64,000 nucleotides of DNA from Camelus ferus (taxonomy: Eukaryota): positions 93,870,001 to 93,934,000 of the forward strand of contig NC_045697.1 in NCBI RefSeq assembly GCF_009834535.1, given 5' to 3'. Below, one piece after another: positions 27,680 through 40,925 of this stretch. The position numbers and the translations under genes are program-made. The notes under the pieces are model-generated. The model saw nothing but the letters and a program-made list of their open reading frames with translations, was not told the DNA's origin and made no database searches. Position 1 is the first letter of the stretch, and each line of letters starts with the position of its first letter.

Positions 27680-27855
27680 ACTAGTTCCAACTTTCTATTC
27701 TATATCCGTATACAAAAATCATTACTAGGAGTTCATAAACTCATCGTTTTGGAAGACCAAGCAAGATTTTACATCAAGTTGCATGATATTATTATTTTGC
27801 CTTTTATTTCACAAGGATTTTTTTCTATGGTAACTGTACATGTTTTCCACCATTA
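27680..27855 (-). pseudogene. Candidate RGS22-like exon remnant abutting an L1 tail
   Basis: WWKTC vs FWPQFC and RKKSL...NNIM vs RKNL...ENIM, in different frames. Donor AGT/gtaaga. Weak match. Confidence 0.3.
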
Positions 27856-28035
27856 AATAACAAGTTTATACTGTATAGCACAGGGAACTATATTCAATAT
27901 CTTACAGTAACCTATAATGAAAAAGAATATGAAAATGAATATATATGTATATGTATGATTGAAACATTATGCTGTACATGAGAAATTGACACATTTAAAA
28001 CCGACTATACTTCAATAAAAAAAAGGAAAAGAAAC
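27856..28035 (+). mobile_element. Young 5'-truncated cetartiodactyl L1 3' tail
   Basis: tactgtatagcacagggaactatattcaatatctt...gactatacttcaataaaa plus A-rich tail. Confidence 0.85.
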
Positions 28036-28044
28036 AAATCCCAC

Positions 28045-28230
28045 CCTCTCCAAAACATCTGCTGAAACAGATTTGTCTGTAGAAAGGGTTTCCAGATCTG
28101 AATTGCACTGTTCAAACCATTGTCGGTATTCAACTAATAGCTAGTTCCATTTCTGGGGCTATATTTAAGTATTCATTCTTGATTCAAGTTGTCTTGTTCC
28201 AAACACAGAAGAAGTGAATTTTTAGATGTC
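28045..28230 (-). pseudogene. RGS22-like exon remnant
   Basis: tag/GAC ATC start (DI vs DL). IKNEYLNIAPEMELAIS*IP vs IINCFINSSIPPALQIDIP. Donor AGG/gtggga. Confidence 0.65.
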
Positions 28231-28959
28231 CTAGCTAATTTTCAAGTCAAACTATCATAGTCTACTGCCTGATTCTTCCAGAATTGACCGCTCAGTCCTT
28301 AGCATATTTATCCTGAATATAACTAGCAACTATAAACCTTGTTTGTCATTGTTCCTTCACATGTCCTTCATATTCAAGGTGACCATGAGCTCCTTTGAAA
28401 TAAGTAACCATGTCTTACTCTTGGTATTTCCTTGGTATTTTTCCTGCTGTCTGTGAAAAGTGTTTAATTAAAAACAAATGAATACATGAATTAATATCAT
28501 GATAAAATAAGGTGATTGCAACCAGAAATATCAATGAGATATTTCTCCTAGTGTTTTTTTTTTTTTTGGACTCTGTCAGTTAACTTTATCAATAATATGC
28601 TCATTTTTATTTCATGTTTCACAATGATCATAGCAATAAGAGGAAGGTGGTAAATATCACCGTGAAAAGAGGACATCCTTTAATTTTATTTAAGGAAAAT
28701 CTAATATGTTATCTGAACAGTTACACAAAATAACCTTCTTTGAATCATGTATGACAAATATATTCTTTGTATAACTGTACTGTAACATACTCATTCATGG
28801 ATAAAATTTTGTCTTATTTTTATTTCTTGCAATTAATAATCATAAGAATATTGCAATTTGCCCCCATTTTGCTGTGCTCTAAAGTCAGCAATTTTGAGCA
28901 GGAAAAGGAAAATGAATTTTTTTTATAGATTTCTGATGATTTATTTACTAAATAATACT

Positions 28960-29340
28960 TGTATTAGTTTGCTAGAGCTGCCATAACAAAATGCCACAGA
29001 CTGTGTGGCTTAAACAACCGAAATTTATTTTCCCACAGTTCTGGAGGATAGAAGTCCATGATCAAGGTGCTTTCACGTTTGGTTTCTCCTGAGGCCTCTC
29101 TCCTTGGCTTGGAGGCAGCCACAGGCTTTCTGTGTCATCACATGGTCCCCTCTCTGTGTACTACATCTCAGGTGTCCCCTCCAGTGAGACTGGATTAAGT
29201 CCCACCAAAAGGCTTCATTTAGCTTAATTACTTCTTTAAAGACTATCTGTAAATACAGTCACATTATAAGACACTGGGGTAAAAGTTTCAATATAGACCT
29301 GGGGTGAGGGGGGGGGCAGGAAGTAAGTCTAAAACAGTGC
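28960..29340 (-). mobile_element. MaLR LTR (MLT1 family)
   Basis: tgtattagtttgctagagctgccataacaaaatgccacagactgtgtggcttaaacaac...cacagttctggagg is the reverse complement of an MLT1 3' end. Confidence 0.85.
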
Positions 29341-29602
29341 TTAAATATACAAATACAAAATGTGAGGAAAAGAGGTATAGTTACCTCTAAAATAGATTTT
29401 GATGCAAGATTCTAATTGTGCATATAAATACATTACTTATTAAATATTATAAATAAATTAAAATCATTCTAAAATGTATTTTGATCCTAAATATATATAT
29501 ATAGATGACTGAAAACATTTATGAATTTACAAATGATTATTTATAAGTTGAACATTACCTTAAAATAAAAATCACTCACACTTATAAGTAATTCTTCATC
29601 AC

Positions 29603-29765
29603 CTTTTTTAGTAATGAACATGGCATTAAAAGAACAAGATTGTTATACGACATCTTTTATGTCTCCTTTTAAAGTATAAATTCTATTTTAAGGTATATTT
29701 TAAAATAATGTATAGAAACAAGTGATTTCTAATATTCACTGAAATAATTTCTACTTTCTTTTTAA
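29603..29765 (-). pseudogene. RGS22-like exon remnant (LKGD motif)
   Basis: EY*KSLV vs AFRKALL; TLKGDI vs ALKGDL; LFF*CHVHY*K vs LLFWQEVQKYK, across frameshifts. Donor AAG/gtgatg. Confidence 0.7.
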
Positions 29766-30649
29766 GACACATGAAAAGGAAAAAAACAACTTCTTTCAAT
29801 ACTAAGACTACATCTGACAGTAAATTTATTGCTAAAATTTAGAAGAAATTTTGACTAATTTCAGCTATACAAATTACACTGAATATACAGTTTAAGGCTG
29901 CTAAAAATGACAAGAAAATGTAGTCTTAAAGTAAACTGAAATTTTACCCTTGATTTTTGGTTCAAAACTATCTCCCCCAAAGCCCTTCCCCCCAGCACCC
30001 CCTCTTCTGTATGTAGTCAGAGACCAGCTCCTAGAATTAGCAATTCTCACCTGGGGTTAGAAAGTGGGGTGCTAAAATACCAGACTCTCTAGGGAGAAAG
30101 GCAATACACAGTGTCAAAATACGTTCAATACTATAATAGAATTCCAAATAATACAAATTTCAGAAAGTATCAGTGGATAAAACCTTTCTGACCGGTGGGA
30201 ATATGCAAACAATGGGCTCTTCACTGGCAAATAAATTTTTAAAAGTTAAGTTGTGAAGCATTGCCATAATTATTCCATAGTCTAAGGTTATTCGGCACTT
30301 GTCTACATACCTTCAACCTGAGTTTACTGTAACTTGATCCCCTAACTCCGTTTCTACCACATTCCCTGATTTTGAACACCTCCACTTGTCTCACATTTAG
30401 AACAAAGTTCTAGTGTAGCCTTTTTTTCTGTTTTCATTTTTCCTTTATTTCCCATAACAAAACTCCTAAGTCTTCTTTTCTGAAATTCTTTAATATCCAG
30501 ACCCTACCCTTCCTGTATAGATCCTTAGTTGCCATAGTCAGAAGCAAAAACTAAATTAAAAAAGAGAAAAAAAATTCTTTCAAGAATCATTTTGGATGTG
30601 AAAACAAAGTGACTGGTTAACACAGGAAGTCAGGACATAGCAAAATCAC

Positions 30650-30821
30650 CAGTTTTAATGCTGTGCTGTGACTCGCAGTGAAGGGGAGAAAGAGGTTATA
30701 AAAAGTTCTATCTCTTATGAAGATGTTTCAGAAACTTTTTAGAGTCATGATATTGTATTTTCATATGTATGTAAAAAGGATTTTTACAATAATTGATGTT
30801 ACAGCTTGATGAAGCATGACA
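30650..30821 (-). pseudogene. RGS22-like exon remnant
   Basis: Acceptor ttattctcag; VM...KIL vs VMHLSGGWGKIL. KHLHKR*NFL*PL (alternate frame NLFLPFTAS) vs KHVQNRLENVWLPLFLAS. Donor CTG/gtgatt. Confidence 0.65.
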
Positions 30822-31414
30822 CTGAGAATAATCTTCACCAGAAACCGTATGGACAATCAGTGCGATTAAATTGTTGCATTTACCACAGTCCAATACTGGT
30901 CTTCAATTTTGTCAGTATCACAGTAAGAAAATGTACAAATAAAAATCATAAAGGGACCAAAGTAAGTAAATTAGACAACTGATTCATTTCTATAACTATA
31001 ATTTTTTATGTACCTACTATGTGTCACACATTGCTGCTAGTAACTTATCAATGGTACAGCTATCCTTTACATATATAAAACTACACTAAAATGAGTTATT
31101 AATACACTTGGGACAATCTGGTAAAATGGAGGCAGTTGTGGTCAGGATCAAGAGAAATTAAGTTATGTGAACTGATTTGCAAAATTTTGTACACAATTTT
31201 ATTGTCCTCCATCAAATATGAGGTTTGTTACATTGACCTGTCAGTTCAGCTAACACAAGAATGTTCTTCTCATGGCAGACAGGAGAAGCCCCAAAAAATG
31301 GTGAGAAAGGGTGTTTAGAGACATGCAAAGCTCCCTAAGTCTTTGTCTTCAAACCAACACATAGTCACTTCCATCCATATACTGTTGGCTTGGCCAAAGG
31401 AAGTCATTTAGCCA

Positions 31415-32830
31415 CACTTTTCTGCATCTGTTGATAGGAATGTGAGGTTTTCTTTTTTAGCTTCTTGATGTGATGGATGGACATTAACTGATCTTTGAAT
31501 GTTGAACCAGCCTTGCATACCTGTATAAATCCCATTTGGTCATGATACATAATTCTATTATACGTTCTTGAGTTCCTTTAGCTGGTATTTTGCTGAGAAG
31601 TTTTGCATGTATGTTCATGAAAGATATTGAAATGCAGTTTTCTTCTAATGTCTTTATTTGCTTTCGGTATTAGGGTAATACAATGAAATAGGAAGTATTC
31701 CCTCTGCTTGGTAGATTTTACCACTGAATCTTTCTAGATTTGGTGCTTTCTATTTTGAAAGGTCAGTAAATGATTGATTCAATTTTTTTGTAAGAGATAC
31801 AGGTCTATTCAGATTGTGTATTTCTTCTTGTGTGATTTTGGGCAGAATTTCTTGTTTCTCTTATCCATTTGTTCTTGCACAATGTCTACTTTACCCATGA
31901 GAGCCCTTAGCATATGAATCGTAGTTCACTTAATGAACATTTTAAGGTCCTGGTTTGCTATTGTCAAAATTTCTGCCACATCTGAGTCTGGCTCCCATCC
32001 TTGCTCTTTCTCTTCACACTTTGTTTTTTGCCTTGTAGTATGTCTTGCAATTTTTTATTTATAGCTGAACTTGATCTACTGAGTAAAAACTGCTCTGAAT
32101 AGGTCTTTGGTAATATGGTGTTAACCTGTGGTGGGAATGGGGGCATTCTATAGTCCTGTGATTACGTGTCAGTCTTTTAATGAGCTTGTGCCTCTGGACT
32201 GCGAAGTTCACACATGCTTTTCTGTTCTACCTCCCCCTCCCCTTAGTGGAGCAGGATGGCTAATGTGGCTGAATTCAGATAGTCCCTTCTTTTAATCATG
32301 AAAGACTGGATGGGGCTGGAGTTGGGTCCTTCCCTTCTCCCAGGTTAGTAACATTCTGGTAAAACAGATTCTTGAGGGCAGGCCTTGTTATGAAAAAAAA
32401 AGTTGTTATTTCAAAATGTCTACTTTTTCCCTTTCCTCTGCTGGAATCAGGAGGGGATTTTTCTCCAGTATTCATAATGGGAACCTGGGAGGTCTCCTGA
32501 ATGTGAAATTCACAAAAGTATGGGGATCCACTATGACTGGGCCACTCTGAAATTTTTAATTCTCGAACTTGTTCACATTGTGCTCCTAGAAACTCATCAG
32601 TTACAGATCAGGTATACTTACTTTGGCACCGATTCCCTGAGAGGTTTTAGTTCTTGGATTTCTGCTCAGGTAAACCATGGTTCTCTGAACTCACCTGCTG
32701 GTGTCTCTAATTTAGTAAGTAGCCCTTTGCCCTGTCACCTCGTATCACTTATGGATCTAAGAAAAGTTGTTGCTTTTTCAGCTTGTTAAGATTTTTACTT
32801 AGAATTGAGTGGTGACTTCCAAGCTTCTTA
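31415..32830 (-). mobile_element. Old L1M fragments (ORF2 plus 5' region)
   Basis: gaatgttgaaccagccttgcatacctg...aaatcccatttggtcatg is antisense L1 ORF2. The downstream part resembles an L1M 5' end. Confidence 0.7.
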
Positions 32831-32899
32831 CTACAAGTCTCCTTCCATTTTTGCTTCTTGCCTTAAATGACTACTCCAACATTTGGCAGCTCAGCTCAC

Positions 32900-35060
32900 T
32901 CTCTACAATTCAGTTGGATTTCTGACAAATCAATGCTGTGAGCAGGGTAGTTGATTAAACACAATGCTATTTGGAAAGAGCAAAAGCCTGAATATCCCTT
33001 TGAGATATCACCTTTGGGAGTCATTAGGGGAGTCCACGGAGCATTAGACAGGGGTGCTGGCAAATCATCTGCAGAAGTCTGAGAGCTCCAGGGGGCACTT
33101 AGTGGATAAGTCTTGGGAAGGACTGGCAGAGCTTCTGGGACACTTCACCAGCCATGTCAGTGGGTTGTGGGAAGGGCTAGCAGAAGCCAAGGGGCGTTCT
33201 TAGGGGATGCTAGGGGATTGTTTTTAAAAGCTTTTCAGTCCTGAGGGAGACCACTGGCCTTTCTCATTCGTCTGTGACTCTCCAGTTGAGCTTGTCAGGG
33301 TAGATCCAATTAGAGAGCAAACATCTCAACAAAAACAAGGAAAGCAGTTCACTTACTACTGCTTAGAGCCCTCTACCAATAGGGGCAGAAAGTCCAGGGG
33401 GTGCTTACAAGCTGAGTAGCTCTAAGTAGTAGCTGCCACTGAATCTGATAAATACCCAGCAGTACAGCAAGATGTTGCAACATCAGGAGGGAAAAAAAAA
33501 AAAAGAGCATAGAGCATTCTGGTTCACTCCGCTTAGCACCCTGAAGAGACCTCAGAGCTTGGAAGCTCTAGAAGCCTGTCTCTGCTCTAACCAGCCTGCC
33601 CTGCACTGCCCAAGGGGAGTCCCAGCTAAGACACAGCTGTGTGACTCAGAGCACTGTTCCTTTTCCCTCCTCCTGTCCAAATGGACCTAAAACTGACATG
33701 GGCTGTGTTCCCTTGTCAGAGGGAAGCAGAGGCCCTTGCCAAGGTTAGCGGTCAGTGGAGAAATAAAGGAAAATTGCACTTCTTGGGCTTCTTAGATACC
33801 AGCCGCAGGTAACTGTTTTGCCTGGACCAAGATGGAAAAAAACAGATAATGCTCTCTGACTTGAGGTCTGAGGCCACCACCATTGGGACCTTTACCAAGA
33901 CTGACTATGGGTGGGTCCTTCTGGTCACTACAAATAATTGTCAAGGGCCCTATTGTGGAATAAATTGCTGGGATTGATGCAGTGTCTTGCCTGCTCTCCC
34001 TCTGCCCCAGCCCTAATGTAACTGCTACAGGTAGAACCATTGCAAAGAGGCATGTGGAAGATCGTGACCCTACCCGACTCACATGCTATAGTCAATGGGC
34101 TGGTTTTTCACTGGGGACACTGGCAAGCAGCAGACTGACATATAAAAGAGGTTCCGTCTGAAAATATTTGAGTAAAAGTCAGTTCTGTTCCTTGTAAGAT
34201 TTTTGTTACTTATATGGATGCTTACCAGAGAGGCTCCCACACTGACAAGGAAAAACTGAACCAGTGAGCTGACCCTGCTTGTCAAGTAAAAGCAGGGACT
34301 GAAGTGTTCTCCGCCCTAGAACAAACAGATGAGCAAACAGCTGGACACAGGAAAAGACAGCTTATGGAAATTCAGGTATCATCCTAGACTGGGCCTGCAC
34401 ACATGGACAGCCACTGTCCTCAGAAACAGCACAGAAAAGCTACCCTGGCTGCCAGAGACCCTGGCCAGGCTAAACGCACTTCCCAGGGATAGATGCTATG
34501 AGACAGCAGACCAGGAGATTCTTGCAGTAGATTACATTGAGGGTCTCATCCCATCCAAAGGGTTTCACTGGATCCTGACTGCAAGTGACAGTTTCTATAG
34601 GTTTCGCTTTGCTATCCCGAAGCATTCCACTGACTCTGGCCACACCATCCACGCCCTACAAGACCACATTTGTTTCCTGTCAAAGGTTCTCACTACACTG
34701 CATCTCAAAACAAGCCCTATTTGTAGCCCAAGCTACAGATCAGTGGGCTCAGTCATTGGACATTCCACAGACCCTCCATGATCTACATCACTCCCAGGCC
34801 ACAAGGATTATAGCTTGTTTTAATGGTCAATTAAAGGACAAACTTTAGTACTGATGAGAGAGGACAAGATAACCCCAGCCTGGACCACACATGTTAGGTA
34901 AGCCATCTCATGTCTCAATGCAGCAGTTCTCCAAAAGGAGACTTCTCATCTGTGCCACATGCCCAGTCAGGCTATCAGCCCCCCATGTTCAAATTTACAG
35001 CCTTCTTTTACAATTACTGACACCTCAGTCTCATGGGGGATCCTGTGGGGACTCTGCCTT
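32900..35060 (+). mobile_element. ERVL-class internal (pol) remnant: RNase H and integrase
   Basis: PDSHAIVNGL (~34073-34102) resembles the RNase H motif TDSWAVANGL. ORF 34329-34781 AVDYIEGLIPSKGFHWILTASDSFYRFRFAIP resembles ERVL integrase QVDYIGPLP...LTGIDTYSGYGFAFP. FNGQLKDKL follows. Confidence 0.8.
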
Positions 35061-35409
35061 CCCTTCAATCATTTTCTAAGACTCAAAACCATGAGATCAA
35101 GATTAAACAACAAGGGAAGGGAGAGTATGTATAAGCATTTTAAAATCTATTAAAAGTTCAGGACTGTATGCAAACCAATTCTTAAACATAGTGTGTAAAT
35201 GTCTTTTTCATTAAGAGATGCAAAAATATTTTTTGTAAATTTTTTCTGTCCCTTTAGCCTTTATATAACCTTTCCAAATGAAAAGTCTTGATGGGAACAA
35301 AGAACAAATTTAAAAGGAAAAGGAATGTTTTGCTTACTAAACTGAACACACTGATAATAACAGGAAAACAAACAAATACAAAGAAAAATCTAAAACTTGC
35401 CAAAATGAC

Positions 35410-35811
35410 TAAAGTCCTCACGTTAAATACCACCTTCAGCTAAAGACAAAAGAGGATGTTGAGGGTAATGGTTTGGGTTTCAAAGGGAAGGAAGGCAGCT
35501 GACATGGAGATGGGAAAGCAAATGCTTGGTAAACCACTGTTTGCTGGGCCATGCAGCGACAGCGGGACACAGAGTGGACTCTGACCTCTGGGCCCTGACA
35601 AGAGCTCCCCTCCACACTTAGCCCACATTCTTAGCAGATATCAGTGGTGATGGCTCTATTCCAAGAAGAGGCTCTTCATCTAAACACTTTAGGCAGTTAC
35701 GGGGGAAGTAAAAAGACTTCCTAAGTTTTCCATTTCTTAAAAATAATCAGCCTAAATTAATCCTCATGCCAAAGAGATACATTTTGTGGTGGCAAATTTT
35801 GCTCCCCTACA
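35410..35811 (-). mobile_element. ERV1-class LTR 5' part
   Basis: The minus strand starts tgtaggggagcaaaatttgccaccacaaaatgtatctctttggcatgaggatta, a laurasiatherian ERV1 LTR-type start. Confidence 0.7.
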
Positions 35812-36579
35812 GCTTCAACTCTCAAGAGCAATAATTGACGTCTATAGGTAAGATGCTATTAAAAATATTAATATTCCTGTTTCTATAATTTATAGTTCCA
35901 GCATACAATAACCAACAAAATTATAGAGTTGAATATTATTCCAAGCTAGATCAAATAAACATATGTAAAATAACAAGTCCAATAAATGGAGAATACTTAT
36001 TTGTCCAAAGTTAGCAACAGACAAACGGTTGCCACTGTGCTGGTCCAAAATGCAGCATCCAGTAATGTATGTTTGGATTCCTTCAAACCACAAACTCTGA
36101 CTCCAAGGCAATCAAGCTAGAAATAAATAATAATTAGAAAACAGTATCTTTATTCAGGAATCTAAAAGTATAATTCCGAAAATATAAATTAAAGGAGAAA
36201 TCCCAACAGCTGTTCTACAATTCAGAGAGCTGACTTAAAGTGAAAAAAAAATTATACAATAAAATGTATGGGATACAGCGAAAGCACTATTTAAGAATAA
36301 ATATATAGATGTAAAAAAACTACTTATGAAAAGTAGTTATAAACACAAGCAGAGAAAAAGTAACAAGGAAGGAAGTAACTAAGGAAGATAAAGAAAATTG
36401 AATACAAACATTCAGTACAGTTACACAAAAGTTCCTTTTTTTTCCTTAAAAATGCAATAAATTAGATAAACACTTGGTAAGGAAATTTAGAAAAGAATAG
36501 ATAAGCATATTCATTATGGATTAAAACGAGGATGTAAGTAAATAAGCTGAGGGAGATATATTTGTATTATGTATATATA

Positions 36580-37026
36580 TGTTGACTGAAGACAATACAC
36601 AACCTAAAAGCTGAGAATTATGTTTCACTAGGCAGACTTGCTAAAGACTGAAGCTGGGGAAACTTAAGATTGCTCTGAGGGAACGGAAAAGCCAGGAAAC
36701 ATATAGGAATTTTTGAAAAAAAAAAAAAGATACTTGAAACATAAAAAGATTACTGTTAATTAAAGAAAATCCAGACATCTCAAGTTAATGAATTTAGCAC
36801 TTTTCTATTTCTGGGAAGGTGCAAGAGTCTGGGCTCACTGAAATCATTCCTTTGATATGCACCTTAAGCATCTAAGGCCAGCATCCAGTTTTCTCCTTTT
36901 GAATCCCCTCAGGGTGCACGATCAGGAAGTGGAGGAGGAGCTAGGGAAGGATGCTGCAGTGGCTGATGGCTTCATGCCTACAACATCCCTGTTTACTGAT
37001 ATGGCAGGTGACAGCCTTTGTCCACA
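36580..37026 (-). mobile_element. ERV1-class solo LTR (same family as 12372-12928)
   Basis: tgttgactgaa...cacaacctaaaagctgagaattatgttt...tccaca, colinear with the 12372 copy. Confidence 0.8.
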
Positions 37027-37077
37027 CACACACACACACACACACATATACATGTACATATAATAAACTAAAGTCAC

Positions 37078-37610
37078 TGCAGTATACAGTTCTAAGATGG
37101 CTTCTAGTTATCCCCTTAGTATACATGGCTTTGTGTAATTTCCTTCCCTGGAGTGTGGACTGGACCTAGTACCTACCATTTAAAAAATACAACACAGCAG
37201 AAGGGATGGGATGTCATTTCTGAGATTAGGTTACACAGAGGTTTCCATCTTGCTCTACCCCTCTTGCTCTCTTGCTTGCTGGCTCCGTGGGAAAGCCAGC
37301 TGCCATGTTGTGAGATGTGCTATATGGAAAGGCTAATCTGGCCAGGAATTGAAGGAGTTAACCAACAGTCAATGAAAAATGGAGGCCCCCCATCCCACAG
37401 ACACTGAGAAGTTGAATCCTGCCAACCACCACATGAATGAACTTGTCAGAGGACTATCCCCCAAGCCTTAGAGGAAAACTCGTGCAAGAGACACCCAACT
37501 AAACTGCACCCAGTTTCCTTAATATCAGAAACTGTAAGATAATACTGTTTGTTTTAATTCACTAGACTTGGAGGTAATTCCTTACATAGTAACAGGTAAA
37601 AATAACACAA
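37078..37610 (+). mobile_element. MaLR LTR (MLT1E/F-like)
   Basis: ctaagatggc...ggagtgtggactggacctagt...gatgggatgtcatttctgagattaggttac...cagaaactgtaagataata. Confidence 0.75.
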
Positions 37611-37619
37611 ACATAAAAG

Positions 37620-39110
37620 AGAAGTACAAGAAAGAAAATTGCAGGAAATCTCAAATGTGCTAAATGTAATAGAACATAGATACAAACACTCCTAAATGTA
37701 ATTGTGAATGATAAGAGAGATTGTGTAGAAAAGACACCACAGCATAATCATAGTAATGTGTTTTACATTAGAGAATTGAACATAATTTACCATAAAAACA
37801 ATTCAAAGAGAAAAAAATGATCACCAAGACATATTCAGAAATGTCAAATAGAATTCAACAGCTGCTGTAGACAACATGAGTAACTGCTAATAAACATTAT
37901 TAAATTAACAGAGGCATTTACAAAAATATTACAGCAAGAATTATATTGAATTTTGAAAAATATTTAAGTATTTCAAAGTATTTTAAGATCAGAAACAAAA
38001 CATATGTCAATTAGTTAGTCAATATTTTACTTTAGGGTTTAGCTAGCAAAGTAAAAGAAATTAAAAGAAATATAATTAGTAAAGGATTGGAAAGAAAAAA
38101 TAACAGTGTAATTATTTTCTAATTGCAAAAAATAGATTGTTTTGTTCAACTACATTGAATTTAAAATATTTGTTTATAAAAAGTTACCAAAAAGTTAGTG
38201 AAAATGCTTGAAGTTACAGATCAGAGAGGCAAAACACATAATTAGCAAAAAAAGTTAGTATGGATCATATACAGATTCAGTGCACTAATAAAAGGAAGAA
38301 AACTGGAAGGAAAATTGGCAAAAATATATAAATAGACACTTTGCAAAGGAAAACATACAAATGGCACATAACAGGTACAATACCACTTACATCACTATTT
38401 TTCAGGGAAATGTAAGTTAAACTCACAATAGTACAACATTTCACACCAATCAGATTTACAAAAATTTAAAGTCAGGAAATATCTTGGGTTATAAATGATG
38501 TGAAATAATGAGAACTTCAAATGGTGATAAGTATAAACTAGCAAAACTAATTTAGAAAATAAATTATATACTACTAAAGTTGACAAACCAAGACAGCAAT
38601 TCTATTATGCAGCATTAAGAAACAAACACAAGAATATTCATCAGAGCATTCTTCTTCATACCAAAGTACAGGAAACAACCTGTATGATTTTTAAGACAAG
38701 TACAGCTAAAATCATTATAGGCACACAATGTCTATTCTAATCAGAAGGAATTCTATGAGACACATCCATTTGGATGAATATCCTAATCATGTAATTGACT
38801 GAAAGACTGAACTCACAGATGAATTCCTTCAGTAAAGTTAATTTATATAAATTTCAAAAACAGGAAAAACTAGGTAGTGTATACCTATGGACACAAATAG
38901 GTAAGAATTATTAGTAAAAACAAGAGAATAACACAAATTTTAGGGGTTAAGAAAAAAGTTTGCATTGAGGGGCACACTTAGAGCTCCTAAAATACTGATA
39001 ATATTTTTACCTGTTAGTCTAATAAGGTATGGAAGGGTATATATTTTAGTATTATTCTTTAAACTATATGTGTATATTTCAGTAGGTATATTTCACAATA
39101 AAATTTTTTA
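37620..39110 (+). mobile_element. Degraded L1M/L1ME ORF2-3' end (also 35890-36540)
   Basis: A-rich L1-like text, e.g. aaattggcaaaa...atagacactttgcaaaggaaaacatacaaatggc...catttcacaccaatcagatt. Confidence 0.6.
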
Positions 39111-39164
39111 CAAACTTTTAAATGAGTTTTTAAATTTATGAAGTCTTGAAAGTATTTATCTCAC

Positions 39165-39263
39165 TTTTATTCAAAATCTGTTGTCCGGATCCAAAAAAGT
39201 AATTTCTGGCAAAAAACATCTTCCTAACTGTTGCTTTGGAAATGAGTAACATCTTTACCATCT
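39165..39263 (-). pseudogene. RGS22-like 99-nt exon, still open
   Basis: Acceptor tttttttttctttttttccag, donor AAA/gtgaga. Phase 1-1, matching the previous exon. SKATVRKMFFARNYFFGSG vs AKSIYIKNKYLNKKYFFGPN. Confidence 0.75.
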
Positions 39264-39599
39264 CTGGAAAAAAAGAAAAAAAAACCCAAACTGAGATTTT
39301 ATTGAAGGTATTCTTCACCTTATGAGATATGTCACATAGTATCTGTTAAACTACTTTTGAAGTTTTTTTTTTTTTCCTTTGTGAACTCATTACTTCAAAG
39401 AAGATCATTCTCTATTCTTTACAGAATCCAGGGAGATCTAGATTAATGCTTTGTTGAAAAGGAAAATACAGGTATTCACATCATGTTAATATCATAAGTG
39501 CAAGAATTACAGAATCAGAGTGAGAAGAAAGGTGCAATTTCTTTGGGTTTTCAAATTACCCCTCTGAAAGCCATGGCAAAATTCTCTGCTACCAACTAA

Positions 39600-39603
<4 letters not shown>

Positions 39604-39654
<51 letters not shown>
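39604..39654. repeat. (TG)n microsatellite
   Basis: Directly visible; another lies at 46610-46646. Confidence 0.95.
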
Positions 39655-39657
<3 letters not shown>

Positions 39658-40764
39658 GCTAAGTTCTAGGAGCTATGTTAGTGCAATGAAAATGCTAACT
39701 CAGGAATTATGGAAACAATAATTGCAATTATTTAGTAAAATTTTAAAACCAAATTATCTGACTAAAATAAGTTTTGCCCAAATTATTAATAAAAGAGTCT
39801 GTAAAAACACACACACAAGGAATTTTAAATGAGTTCATTTAAATCACTTTATTCCAAAATGTACATGCATAGCAATGTCTAAAATTATTTCTCTCATTTT
39901 TTCAGCTGGAAAAAAACATATTTTGAGGTTGTTATAAACATTTAGACAGGCCTTCAAATATATGCATCTACTGTTTTCTTTAAAATAGTTCTTCATACGG
40001 ATGGCATTTATTCAAATTTCTGTTTAAGTTCTATGCAACATAATAGGTAAATTATGAAAAGTGGCTATGCCAATATGCTTCTGAGAGATACATAGTAGAG
40101 TAATAGGTGATCACCTACTGTTTTTTTTTCAAATGTATTTGAAGAGTATTCAATTCTACTCTAATGCTTTTACAGGTATTAAAAACAAACCCTAAAAAAA
40201 AAGACAAATATAAGTCCACATCAAGATTAAGATGAGAAGTGTTTGCATCTTTTTTGAGAAACTAACAATTTATTACTTGTAAGTGCCTTACTCAGATCTC
40301 TACACACTACAGCTAATTACCAAAGTCTTAATCTGACTGAGTGTATTCAATTGTTTGGAGCATCGTGTTAAAAGGGATTTATCATTTTAATTCCATAAAC
40401 ACGTCATTTTGTTCTTACTAGTCTTCATTCACATGGCAAAAATAACAACAGAACAGCCCACTGATAATCAAGAGTACAAACAAAGAAGTTCTAATGTTTC
40501 AATGTTCCTCAAAACAATTACAAAATGTATGAATTATAAATGGCACCTGAAAATGCACAAAACCATCATGGGGATAGGATTGGCAGGTATGTGCTAAAAG
40601 ATCATACACTGAAATGCACATAAGAGGAATCAATTATTTTACTGACAAACTGCTAAAAGAAGTCTATAATGTTCTTAAATATATGTAAAAAATGTCTAGA
40701 GTTTGATATTGAGTCTATCAAAAATTCTTAGCTATTTATTTACATAAAAATATGAGGAAATGAT

Positions 40765-40883
40765 GGGGAGGGTATAGCTAAGTGGTAGAGTATATGCTTA
40801 GCATGCACAAGGTCCTGAGTTCAATCCCCAGTACCTCCATTAAATAAATAAAAGGTTAATTACCTCCTCCTTTTAATTATCTG
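40765..40883 (+). mobile_element. tRNA-derived SINE (camelid Vic-1-like)
   Basis: ggggagggtatagctaagtggtagag...gagttcaatccccagtacctcc with A/B boxes and a taaa tail. ~20-bp TSD taaaaatat(g/a)aggaaatgat. Confidence 0.85.
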
Positions 40884-40925
40884 TAAAAATATAAGGAAAT
40901 GATGGATATATTTATCATCATGAAC

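Noticed and set aside
30183..30240. Small exon candidate NLFASEEPIVCIFPPVRK
   Set aside because: Right position in the order, but the similarity and splice sites are too weak to call.
40765..40840. tRNA gene (also 55456-55532)
   Set aside because: A/B boxes are present, but the tail and TSDs and the poor acceptor stem mark these as SINEs.
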